This document shows positions 1-8,391 of a DNA stretch of 20,000 nt, in pieces. The stretch comes from an uncultured virus (IMG/VR IMGVR_UViG_3300042261_000615) (lineage: Duplodnaviria; Heunggongvirae; Uroviricota; Caudoviricetes): IMG/VR virus record IMGVR_UViG_3300042261_000615. One strand, 5' to 3'. A program made the position numbers and the translations under genes. The first letter of the stretch is position 1. Every line of letters starts with the position of its first letter. The notes under the pieces are model-generated. The model was not told the DNA's origin, made no database searches, and saw nothing but the letters and a program-made list of their open reading frames with translations.

Positions 1-719
1 AGTTCTTGAGCTAAATATGGAACTTCATAATATGAGTTACCCTCAGAATCCATAATTTTGGTTATACCAATCACATCCGTATCGCGCAGGTCTATATATT
101 TATAAGGTGAGTAACTGCTAAATGTAAATGTATCCGTCTTTTCAATAGCAGATATTGCAGATACTGTCTTTTTCATCAGATATAGCACAGTTTCACCAGT
201 ATTGGAATCAACAGAATACACACTTTGTTCACGATTGGTAGCATCGTTGAAATCAACAACATCGGTTGTCATAAATTGCACACCATCGGTATTAGATATG
301 CTCGTCATACCAGCCTTTATACGCAGCAAATACGTCGCATCTGGTTTATTATTAACACCAGTACCAATGGCGGGTACTAATTGATATACCGATAATGTGG
401 TTATCGCAGGTGATGTTACTTTTGGTTTATATCCTAAATATTTAGATAATGCTACAACACTTTGAGCATCTTCAGCATACGGCATAAGTGATTCCTTCAA
501 AGTATCATCAATATAATATGACAATACATCCCCAATATATGAAGCCATTTCAATGAACATCATACCCGGCGATGATTCGTTAAAATCAGAGTAAGTTTTT
601 GGAAAATATGTCTTAGCATACTCTATAAGATTACCTCTAAAGTTTTGAAAATCTTTATTCAAATACTTTATATCACGCCCATTATTCTTAAAAATCTTAT
701 TTGTAGGTGTTAATGCCAT
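1..719 (-). CDS. Baseplate wedge subunit, T4 gp6-like (N-terminal part; runs off left edge)
   Basis: Not in the ORF track. Manual translation from ATG at 719: MALTPTNKIFKNNGRDIKYLNKDFQNFRGNLIEYAKTYFPKTYSDFNESSPGMMFIEMASYIGDVLSYYIDDTLKES..., the typical gp6/baseplate-J-like N-terminus. TAATG overlap with the upstream gp25-like gene. Confidence 0.85.
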   Translation of the reverse strand, partial: MALTPTNKIFKNNGRDIKYLNKDFQNFRGNLIEYAKTYFPKTYSDFNESSPGMMFIEMASYIGDVLSYYIDDTLKESLMPYAEDAQSVVALSKYLGYKPKVTSPAITTLSVYQLVPAIGTGVNNKPDATYLLRIKAGMTSISNTDGVQFMTTDVVDFNDATNREQSVYSVDSNTGETVLYLMKKTVSAISAIEKTDTFTFSSYSPYKYIDLRDTDVIGITKIMDSEGNSYYEVPYLAQE

Positions 720-1153
720 TATAGTTGTCCTCCGATATTAAATGTAACTGTATTCAACGTCGGATTGTTTGCCACTTTGAATGTCAGTTGTACGTTTATA
801 GTATATGTATCTCTATTGTAGGAATTGTTGTTTATATCTATCGATTGAATATTAATATATGGTAGCCAAAATGATACATCGTTACGAATAGCATCACTAA
901 TTCTATCAACAATACTCTCATCATTTGGTTCAAACACAAATTGCCTAAATGTGTTACCAAAATTTGGTTGCATCAGACGTTCTCCTTTTTCAGTAAGTAG
1001 TAGATTCAACAAATTTGATTTAGCCTGCGCATCAGTTGTAAAACTTTGATTAAACGCAGTATTGGTAATCTGTATCGGTAATGTTATACCAATAGCATAA
1101 TCCCTGAATGTGGGTAAATCCTGTATTTGTTTATTACCTAATACTACAGCCAT
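719..1153 (-). CDS. Baseplate wedge / sheath initiator subunit, gp25/GPW family
   Basis: Motifs NLLNLLLTEKGERLMQPNFG and WLPYINI are characteristic of the GPW_gp25 family; directly upstream of the gp6-like gene. Confidence 0.88.
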   Translation of the reverse strand: MAVVLGNKQIQDLPTFRDYAIGITLPIQITNTAFNQSFTTDAQAKSNLLNLLLTEKGERLMQPNFGNTFRQFVFEPNDESIVDRISDAIRNDVSFWLPYINIQSIDINNNSYNRDTYTINVQLTFKVANNPTLNTVTFNIGGQL

Positions 1154-1653
1154 TATTTATTAAATCTTTTTACTAATTGTGAATAATCCCTATTCATTGC
1201 ATTTAATACAACTTCCGCATTTGGATTTTGTATATCCAAAGGTCTGCCATCAGGGCTGGTTGTTGTTACATTCATCATATCACCATATCCAAATTTAGAG
1301 GCGATTATTTGTCGACCGGCAACAGATTGCATATCGGATGAACCAAAGTTCATAGTACGGAAATCAGAATCTCCCATATCACCGGCGATACCTCCCGCAG
1401 TCTCATTCAAAACATCATTTAATAATGGGTTGCTGGAATATCTTTTTTTAACTTTTGGTTTAGATTCGGTTATTGTGGCATCATCTTCTAAAATAGCCTT
1501 TGCCATTGATAATGGTGATTTTTGAACATTTTTTGAAATTTTCATTTCAGCCATAATCTCCTTTCTAACAGATGCTTTAATAGCAGGAAGTTGTTTTTTA
1601 ACCTCTTCTTCTACAAGAATTTGTATAGCTTTTAACAATTTATTGGTATCCAT
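1153..1653 (-). CDS. Hypothetical phage protein (166 aa)
   Basis: Intact ORF, TAATG-coupled to the gp25-like gene, with an ATATTTATA motif about 25 nt upstream. Confidence 0.75.
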   Translation of the reverse strand: MDTNKLLKAIQILVEEEVKKQLPAIKASVRKEIMAEMKISKNVQKSPLSMAKAILEDDATITESKPKVKKRYSSNPLLNDVLNETAGGIAGDMGDSDFRTMNFGSSDMQSVAGRQIIASKFGYGDMMNVTTTSPDGRPLDIQNPNAEVVLNAMNRDYSQLVKRFNK

Positions 1654-1705
1654 ATTGTTTTTATGTTGTCTATTATTATATAAATATCTAAATGTTTAGT
1701 TTTTA

Positions 1706-3124
1706 TTACAAAGCATCAACCATTTTAGCATATTCATCTACTATAGATATTATTTTAGAGAAAAATTGTGATGTTGTATTTCTACTCAAAGTGCGGCCGG
1801 CGACCATATTTGTTATTAACAAATTAGCGTCTAATTGATTTGTAGGATTCCGGTCTGTCATATTCAACCCTCTATTGATATACCACGCCGACGCATCGAC
1901 TGATATATCAATATTCCGGCTAAGTATATCAGGATCTGATATTATTTGCAATGTACCAAGTTTACCACGTTTCGCATAAGATGTATAATTTGCGACACCA
2001 GTGATTTGTATCATTCCCCGACCCCGATATTTATACCCACCCACATCAGAATACATAAAATTCCCCATACTCTCCGGAGTTTGTTTAATTCTATCTATTT
2101 GGGTATCGGATAATCCCTTAGTTTTTGTTGCGAATATGCTACGGATTCTGTCATTTGAAGTGTTTGAATAATTCAGTTGTTCGGTAGTATTCATAGCACG
2201 AGTCTCTTTTAACGATACAGCCTTTACTGCTGTTATAATATACTCATTCGTTATACCATATCTTTTTAGAGCAGCTTCCAACTTATCCAAGTTACGTTTA
2301 ACATCAGCGCTTATATACTTAACACTGGTTGTGTATGATGTATCATTAAATTCGGCTATAGTATTTAACAATATACTCTTATCGGATAATAACTTATATT
2401 GATAGTTTGCACTTTCGATTAACAATTCCTCCTCACTTTTTTCAATATCATCATTTTGCAACACTTCGGTTGTATTTTCAATATTATTCTTATATATTTT
2501 CGCAGAAGATTCAACATCAGCTGATGTATGGGGGATATCATCAGATTGTATACCAATATTAGCGATTGGTGCAGTTATAGTATATCCGGTCCAATCTATT
2601 ATACCAGGAGCCGGCTGACCTGCGGGTGGATATACTGATGTTGTGGTTATAACACCCGAAACCGTCAATAAGTGGGTTTGTGCGGTTGTTATAAAATAAC
2701 CGATAATCAAATTAATATCCAAATTAGGAGATACGATATTTGTGGATTGCCATTGACCGGCGTTCGTTACAATATTGGATACGACTGATATATTAGATGT
2801 CGAACCGGGAGCTGGTAACAATGGTATCGGAATGGTGTTCATTATAGCACCACCCCAATACGCCATAACACCTTTACCAAGTTCACCAACCAAATCATAT
2901 TCGGATGTATACGATGTACCACCATCTAATGCAACCTTAAATAATTGTTTTAGTATATCAACATTACCATTTTTCAGTGATATACTATGTATAGTATCAT
3001 GCCCACGCTTAACCGCCGCATCATATTCTACCGCCAAAAGGTTAGCAATCTGTTCCGTACTATTTACATTCTTAGTATCGGACATCACACGCAATACATT
3101 ATCTTTGAATATTTGCCAAGACAT
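1706..3124 (-). CDS. Baseplate-associated protein with C-terminal glycoside hydrolase family 19 (lysozyme/chitinase-like) domain
   Basis: C-terminal GH19 signatures: KET (HET-equivalent catalytic Glu), EQLNYS, YKYRGRGMIQITGVANY, SAWY. The N-terminal ~190 aa form a separate domain followed by an acidic linker. Lies between the gp5-like and gp25-like genes. Confidence 0.75.
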   Translation of the reverse strand: MSWQIFKDNVLRVMSDTKNVNSTEQIANLLAVEYDAAVKRGHDTIHSISLKNGNVDILKQLFKVALDGGTSYTSEYDLVGELGKGVMAYWGGAIMNTIPIPLLPAPGSTSNISVVSNIVTNAGQWQSTNIVSPNLDINLIIGYFITTAQTHLLTVSGVITTTSVYPPAGQPAPGIIDWTGYTITAPIANIGIQSDDIPHTSADVESSAKIYKNNIENTTEVLQNDDIEKSEEELLIESANYQYKLLSDKSILLNTIAEFNDTSYTTSVKYISADVKRNLDKLEAALKRYGITNEYIITAVKAVSLKETRAMNTTEQLNYSNTSNDRIRSIFATKTKGLSDTQIDRIKQTPESMGNFMYSDVGGYKYRGRGMIQITGVANYTSYAKRGKLGTLQIISDPDILSRNIDISVDASAWYINRGLNMTDRNPTNQLDANLLITNMVAGRTLSRNTTSQFFSKIISIVDEYAKMVDAL

Positions 3125-4341
3125 TATGATGTTTTATTTAATGTGCTCTTAATCTCTTTAAGACGTGATTTTATATCTGAAAATGTCTGTCTGTTTTCAG
3201 GCCCCTCCGCTGTTGGTCCGGATGGTGTTTTGAATATTTGTTTATTTATAGCATCTATTAATTCACCTAATAACTTCTCAAGGGTATCACCTTTGACTAT
3301 TGGTTCTAATTTACTCTCATCAGTATCACCTAAATTTATATGACCAGTTCCACTTGAAATATTTACGTTTTTATCATTCGTTGTAATAGTGATAGTATCA
3401 TTCACAATACCATTTATACCACCGCCATTTTGAAAATACAGCCCACCATCAGATCTAAAACCATAATCGCCCTTTGAAAAAAACATGAGTTCTGCTGTTT
3501 TAGCAGACATTATTATTCGTCCGGAGTTTATAAGAGTTTGGTTGTGCCCCTCCAACTTTTTCAATTGTTCTTTGAAATAATCGGAATCCTTTTGAATATC
3601 AGTTATAAACTCCGATTTCACTTCAGGTGATGTCAATGCTATAATACCCCCATCAGTATTTACATTTTCAACAGATGGAACTGCCAATGTATCATATCCT
3701 CTTGATTCAGCATTTTCACCATTACGTAAAATGAGTGATGGTGAAAACTTATTGTCTGAGTTGTTGTAAGCAGACATACGTATTGACTGGCCAAACCTAG
3801 ATTCAAACAATATATCCCCCTCAAATAATTTAAGTTTGTGAATATCTGTAGTTGCTTGAAAGTGTTCACCATACCCATCAAACTCATCATCAGAGTTTTG
3901 GGATCTAGCTATTCCAGTTGATGATGTTTTTTTATACGTATCAGAATCACGCTGAGTATTCGAACTTTTACCACTAATAGTATCGCTTATAGTGGTATCT
4001 GATGAATTCACATTTGGTGTTATATCAAATGAGTTTCGTTTATAATAGTATAAATTGGTTTCGGATTGAATAATCTCCACATATTCGTTTCTCAATGGTA
4101 GAGATTTGTAATTTTTGTCATACGGATAGGCTAGAAAACATTTACCTTTATCCGTATTCGGTTTATTAAAAAACTGAAATTGGATACATCCTATGTATTG
4201 TACAGGGGCATCCGTACCCTCAGCTATTGGATGGGTTTCATCCAATATAACATCATATACAATCCCAACATGATCAATTTGTTTCTTATTTAATGTTTGG
4301 GTTTTTTGTACCTGTACTAATTGAGCATTTTGAAGTGCCAT
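3124..4341 (-). CDS. Baseplate hub/spike protein, gp5/VgrG-like
   Basis: OB-fold-like N-terminus (GIVYDVILD...SLPLRNEYVEII), FEGDILFESRFGQSIR motif, beta-repeat region, and spike-type C-terminus (EPIVKGDTL...TPSGPT); baseplate context. Confidence 0.65.
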   Translation of the reverse strand: MALQNAQLVQVQKTQTLNKKQIDHVGIVYDVILDETHPIAEGTDAPVQYIGCIQFQFFNKPNTDKGKCFLAYPYDKNYKSLPLRNEYVEIIQSETNLYYYKRNSFDITPNVNSSDTTISDTISGKSSNTQRDSDTYKKTSSTGIARSQNSDDEFDGYGEHFQATTDIHKLKLFEGDILFESRFGQSIRMSAYNNSDNKFSPSLILRNGENAESRGYDTLAVPSVENVNTDGGIIALTSPEVKSEFITDIQKDSDYFKEQLKKLEGHNQTLINSGRIIMSAKTAELMFFSKGDYGFRSDGGLYFQNGGGINGIVNDTITITTNDKNVNISSGTGHINLGDTDESKLEPIVKGDTLEKLLGELIDAINKQIFKTPSGPTAEGPENRQTFSDIKSRLKEIKSTLNKTS

Positions 4342-4343
4342 AG

Positions 4344-4745
4344 TTATTTGATGATATTATGCAGTTCTTCTAATTCATTTTGGAGTTCATCAACTTCATC
4401 CGATGTGATATCGGAAGATTTTATATCTTGAAAATCCTTTAACAATTGTTCCTTCTCAGCGGCTGATAGAAATCCATCCTGCCCTTCACTTTTATTATCA
4501 GCCATCATTATCTTTTGTGCAATCTGAGCCAATTTAAGTAATTGTTCATCATTACGAACTGATGTTTCCAATAATCCGGATAAAACCGGTCCAACCGATG
4601 GCATATCATGCGGTGTTTTAACCAATGCCCGTATGTCGTTTATCAATTCGCTTATACGTTTCTTTTTTTGGTTCTGATTTACATAAATATCTTGAAACAA
4701 CGAACTCAACGATTTCCCCTTAAATAACTCAAAATCATTTTTCAT
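4344..4745 (-). CDS. Hypothetical helical/coiled-coil phage protein (133 aa)
   Basis: Intact ORF tightly packed between neighbours (2-nt gaps); strongly helical composition. Confidence 0.7.
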   Translation of the reverse strand: MKNDFELFKGKSLSSLFQDIYVNQNQKKKRISELINDIRALVKTPHDMPSVGPVLSGLLETSVRNDEQLLKLAQIAQKIMMADNKSEGQDGFLSAAEKEQLLKDFQDIKSSDITSDEVDELQNELEELHNIIK

Positions 4746-4747
4746 AC

Positions 4748-5380
4748 TTATTTTCTAAATTTTAGTTTCCAATATACACCTGCCCCAATATAAGGAGTTA
4801 CCCCATTACCAGTATTAGAAATACCCAATGTAGTCTGATATATTACATCATTTTTTGTTTTTAATATAAGGCCGGCTCCGACCGAATTGAACAGATTCAC
4901 CTTATCAACACTACCATTTATACCATAATATAATTGTGTTTTGGGTTTTACAGGTATCTTTATTGTAATAGTATTTTCAACTTTATTTACTTTATACGAC
5001 CATTTCCGATTCAAAATATTGTTTTTCTGTAACGTATCCAACACAGATGCATATCCTAAGTTTTCATCAAAATATACAGTATCCTTATACACATTCTTTG
5101 CAAAAAAATCTCTCAAAATAAGTGCAGTATCAACCGGCACATCTTTGGGAATTTCCACATAAATGGTAGTATCCTTCAATATATCCTTTCCTTTTTTATA
5201 TATAACACTGTCAATCGTTATGGTATCACTTACCATAGTTGTATCGGCTGTCATAGGGATTTGATTATCATTAAGATTGGATATATGTCGTTGTTGTAAT
5301 AGTAATATCACTATTAGTACCAAAATTATGATATTTGGCAGTTTCAATAATTTGTTTGTAAAATTGTTAGTTGCTTTCAT
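4748..5380 (-). CDS. Membrane-anchored protein with N-terminal TM helix and C-terminal beta-strand region (possible lysis/spanin-like role)
   Basis: Likely true start is ATG 5380 (MKATNN...), because the longer ORF start at 5446 lies inside a terminator/promoter region. Hydrophobic IIILVLIVILLL, DT-rich repeats, C-terminal YIGAGVYWKL. Confidence 0.6.
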   Translation of the reverse strand: MKATNNFTNKLLKLPNIIILVLIVILLLQQRHISNLNDNQIPMTADTTMVSDTITIDSVIYKKGKDILKDTTIYVEIPKDVPVDTALILRDFFAKNVYKDTVYFDENLGYASVLDTLQKNNILNRKWSYKVNKVENTITIKIPVKPKTQLYYGINGSVDKVNLFNSVGAGLILKTKNDVIYQTTLGISNTGNGVTPYIGAGVYWKLKFRK

Positions 5381-5426
5381 ATTTATTAAAGTTATATATA
5401 TAAATATATTTTTTTTAAGTTTAAGA

Positions 5427-5475
5427 CATAAAAAAAGGATATCCAATATATAAATATCAAATATCCCTTTTTATG
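5427..5475 (-). terminator. Probable intrinsic terminator hairpin downstream of the sigma-like gene (possibly bidirectional)
   Basis: Inverted repeat cataaaaaaaggatat (5427-5442) / atatccctttttatg (5461-5475). On the minus strand the stem extends via G-U pairs and ends in a U7 run. Confidence 0.6.
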
Positions 5476-5488
5476 AAAAGATGAAACA

Positions 5489-6223
5489 TCAGTCATCATC
5501 ACCAACAAATGGACTCTGCCAAAACGTAGTATCATTCATATCAACAAACCCCTCATCCAAATATTGATTCAATATACGCGTTTGGTGTTTTTTCATTTCA
5601 TTCACCACCTTTGTAATATAATGAGTTTTACAATCAGTCATTTCACGTATGAGTAGATATAAATGTTTCTTATTATAATTCTCTATATATTTGCTTCGTC
5701 TGAACAATTCAAGAACCGCATCTGCTATTTGTATATCACGTTTTTTTATGAAAACATTTGTAAGATTCCGGTCCCAATACTCCAGCATCAATTGAGTAAA
5801 TTCTTCATACTCATCAGATATTTGATTTTCATAAAAATCATCCTCCGGATTCCAATTCTCTGGCATTTCAGACATCAGTGATGTCTGTTTGAAACGTTTA
5901 TAGTTTCCAGTATTTTTAAGTATTAAATGATTTTTAGCTATTATACTGAAGTATGAGAATGATTTACCCTTTCCAGCTTCATACATATGAATTTTTTCCA
6001 ACAAAATCGATACAACTTCGTTTTGCATATCCTGTTTAGAAATATCTATATATGGAAATTTGAATGTATTTATCATATATTCAGATAACTTCTCAAATGG
6101 ATACTTTATTCGTTGTGTGTATATTTTATTTTTTATTGAAAAATCATCCGTTGAATTGTATTCAATAATAGCAGTTTCAGTCGCATCAGTCCAATATATA
6201 TCTTTCTTTCTCTTACGCGGCAT
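5489..6223 (-). CDS. Phage-encoded RNA polymerase sigma-like factor (T4 gp55 late-sigma-like)
   Basis: Region-2-like segment DMQNEVVSILLEKIHMYEAGKGKSFSYFSIIAKNHLI resembles the sigma70 region 2 / gp55 'F.YF..I..N' motif; C-terminal helix-turn-helix-like part (LYLLIREMTDCKTHYITKVV). Confidence 0.6.
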   Translation of the reverse strand: MPRKRKKDIYWTDATETAIIEYNSTDDFSIKNKIYTQRIKYPFEKLSEYMINTFKFPYIDISKQDMQNEVVSILLEKIHMYEAGKGKSFSYFSIIAKNHLILKNTGNYKRFKQTSLMSEMPENWNPEDDFYENQISDEYEEFTQLMLEYWDRNLTNVFIKKRDIQIADAVLELFRRSKYIENYNKKHLYLLIREMTDCKTHYITKVVNEMKKHQTRILNQYLDEGFVDMNDTTFWQSPFVGDDD

Positions 6224-6224
6224 A

Positions 6225-6500
6225 TTAAAGTTCTGAGTTATATTGTTCTATCATAATTTTAAGTTGTGTAAATACTGCACCGACTTCATCATCAGATTCA
6301 AACGAACCACGTATATCAACTTCACGCATCATATTCAAAAGTTCTTGCGATTTTTCTTTATTGTATTCAATTTCATCTGTTAACTCTTGCATTTGTTTGG
6401 CCATAATGTCATTTTGATTGACTTTGCGCAATCCGGCTATTACCAATAGTACATTCAAAAGTACTGATAGTACCAATAATGTTGTTATTAAAATATCCAT
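6225..6500 (-). CDS. Small membrane-anchored coiled-coil protein
   Basis: N-terminal hydrophobic helix (ILITTLLVLSVLLNVLLVIAG) followed by a heptad-like segment. Confidence 0.7.
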   Translation of the reverse strand: MDILITTLLVLSVLLNVLLVIAGLRKVNQNDIMAKQMQELTDEIEYNKEKSQELLNMMREVDIRGSFESDDEVGAVFTQLKIMIEQYNSEL

Positions 6501-6510
6501 ATTTATATTG

Positions 6511-6750
6511 TTAGTAAGAACCGCTTGTATACATATTTACAATATGCCGAATACGTAAATCGGCATATGATATATATTCATTTATAGGAAATTCCCGTTC
6601 AATAGAATTTGGTCCGTATCCCATAGCCGAAGCCATACGTTTACAAACTATCTTGAATTCTGATATATCCAAATCATTTGGAATTGTCAATTGAATAACC
6701 GATGCCTCACGATTATCGCAATCATCTGCATAATATACTAACCTACCCAT
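6511..6750 (-). CDS. Hypothetical phage protein (79 aa)
   Basis: Intact ORF in operon packing. Confidence 0.65.
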   Translation of the reverse strand: MGRLVYYADDCDNREASVIQLTIPNDLDISEFKIVCKRMASAMGYGPNSIEREFPINEYISYADLRIRHIVNMYTSGSY

Positions 6751-6761
6751 ACATTTAATTA

Positions 6762-7343
6762 TTAAATAATGTTATACCCCAATGAGGTATATTCTCCAAC
6801 TTTCTTATACTTTATGAAGATGGTATCACCATTATCGTTTTGCATCATAACCTTATCGTTACGACCGTATGTCTTATCAGTCGCAACCCCACCATTATAA
6901 TGCCGTTGTCTATCCAAAATATCAATACCATCCAACGCATCAATCAATCGTTGAATATGCACACATTCAACAGCGCCAGCATCCGAATATACATCTTCCA
7001 AATCTTTCCAATTTTCTTTGTCAGGTGAAAACTCAACATTCCCCATATTATCACTAGAAACCTTTATTTTTTTGTATCGAATAGTTTTACGCATCTTATT
7101 CTTAGTAGTATCCTTTTCAACAAAAACAAAAGGTTCTTCGGATTGTATTATTTTGGGATTGACAAGTGTAATTTCAATGGGTTCGGAATTTACAACATAA
7201 ACTCTAACAGTTATAATACGTTTATCCATACCAAAGTCGGATGCCGTAATCATATTCTGTTTTGGGGAATTATTCACAAATTCCTTATATTTGGAAAGGT
7301 CTTCGGCTGAAACAGTCGTTTCATCAATTTTTTTAATTTTCAT
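6762..7343 (-). CDS. Peptide deformylase-fold protein, catalytically degenerate
   Basis: PDF scaffold recognisable (FGMDKRIITV, ITLVNPKII, IRYKKIKV, IQ..ID.LDGI.ILDR), but GxGxAAxQ reads QNMITASD, EGCLS reads EKDTT and HExDH reads RLIDA. Confidence 0.7.
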   Translation of the reverse strand: MKIKKIDETTVSAEDLSKYKEFVNNSPKQNMITASDFGMDKRIITVRVYVVNSEPIEITLVNPKIIQSEEPFVFVEKDTTKNKMRKTIRYKKIKVSSDNMGNVEFSPDKENWKDLEDVYSDAGAVECVHIQRLIDALDGIDILDRQRHYNGGVATDKTYGRNDKVMMQNDNGDTIFIKYKKVGEYTSLGYNII

Positions 7344-7348
7344 AACAT

Positions 7349-7705
7349 TTAGTTTTTTGTATATTTCTTAAAAAAGATACGTTGATACCAACGAAGTTTT
7401 TCAAGTTTCCCAATCACATCAATGCGACCCAACTGATAATATGAATCTAACTGTTTAGTGTAGTTTTCACGATAAGTGTCGGATATGATTTTCGATATCC
7501 GTGAAATTTGTTTACGCAAGCTATCGCTGAAGGTGTAAGATCCTTGCACAGATGCGTACATCCCATCATAATAACTCCAACGAATCGTTACCTCATCAGG
7601 CTTTGTATGCGATTCAAGCTCATTAATACGGTCGATAAGTTCATTATATTCCGATGCCTTAAGTATGACAACTTTATTATCAGCTGTCCGTTCCCCCTTC
7701 TTCAT
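7349..7705 (-). CDS. Hypothetical phage protein (118 aa)
   Basis: Intact ORF directly downstream of a Bacteroidota-type promoter. Confidence 0.7.
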   Translation of the reverse strand: MKKGERTADNKVVILKASEYNELIDRINELESHTKPDEVTIRWSYYDGMYASVQGSYTFSDSLRKQISRISKIISDTYRENYTKQLDSYYQLGRIDVIGKLEKLRWYQRIFFKKYTKN

Positions 7706-7723
7706 ATTCTTTTAATTATTATA

Positions 7724-7754
7724 CAAATATACGAAAAAAAATACAATTTTCAAA
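7724..7754 (-). promoter_or_regulatory. Bacteroidota primary-sigma promoter (-33 TTTG / -7 TAnnTTTG)
   Basis: Minus strand: TTTG (7754-7751), 19-nt spacer, TATATTTG (7731-7724); 18 nt upstream of ATG 7705. Confidence 0.75.
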
Positions 7755-7821
7755 ATTTTTTGTAACATTTTAATAACATATGAGGTATTTACCGCATATT
7801 CAATTTTCACAAATGAAATTG

Positions 7822-7962
7822 TTAATTGGTATATCCTTTTTTTAGAATATCAGTTATTTTACCAACTATCTCTCGTATATAGAGATTAGAAGTTAATGCC
7901 GTTATTCTATTCAATAATGTTAAAATGATAGCAAAATCGGATTCATTTAATTCACATTTCAT
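7822..7962 (-). CDS. Small hypothetical protein (46 aa, MKCELNESDF...)
   Basis: The internal ATG at 7962 overlaps the stop region of the upstream gene; the longer track start (8058) would overlap that gene heavily. Confidence 0.45.
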   Translation of the reverse strand: MKCELNESDFAIILTLLNRITALTSNLYIREIVGKITDILKKGYTN

Positions 7963-8212
7963 CGTATGAATTACAAAATATATTCGATTTACATACTCTG
8001 AATGTATTGCCGATTTCACGAATAACCCAATCATCCGCCGATGCCTGTGCAATCCCATATGGTGTTTTTACGTAAATAAATTCCGTTTTTTTATCATCCA
8101 ATGATATCCAATAAGTATTACCATTTGTGAATTTAAGAATTTCTTCAAAATTTTTACCATCGAATTGCAATGCTTCGATTGTTAGCGGTTTGGGTGTGAA
8201 TTTTTTTGACAT
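7952..8212 (-). CDS. Small conserved-type phage protein of unknown function (86 aa)
   Basis: Pattern KP..IEA.QFDG.N...I.T..G...A...DW.I......F..CK..IF..SY, which I recognise from a widespread family of small phage proteins. Confidence 0.7.
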   Translation of the reverse strand: MSKKFTPKPLTIEALQFDGKNFEEILKFTNGNTYWISLDDKKTEFIYVKTPYGIAQASADDWVIREIGNTFRVCKSNIFCNSYDEM

Positions 8213-8251
8213 AATGTATATTTTATCTATTTTTAATATAAACCAAATTAT

Positions 8252-8359
8252 TTATTTTTTCCGTTTATCGGGTAATATACCTATTATTGCTACAATTAAT
8301 ATAGCAGACCATAATGGTACAAATATCCATAAAAGGAGGTTTGGTAAGATTTCTTCCAT
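8252..8359 (-). CDS. Small single-pass membrane protein (35 aa)
   Basis: Not in the track. MEEILPNLLLWIFVPLWSAILIVAIIGILPDKRKK*, a hydrophobic helix with a basic tail, filling the gap between metK and the next gene. Confidence 0.55.
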   Translation of the reverse strand: MEEILPNLLLWIFVPLWSAILIVAIIGILPDKRKK

Positions 8360-8391
8360 AACTTTCCAACCGTATTTAAGTGTGTATTTTT

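Noticed and set aside
4344..4745. Terminase small subunit
   Set aside because: Size and helical character fit, but there is no diagnostic motif and no large terminase nearby.
7778..7821. Two small imperfect hairpins upstream of the 7724 promoter
   Set aside because: Weak stems without a clear U-tract; cannot distinguish terminator, operator or chance.
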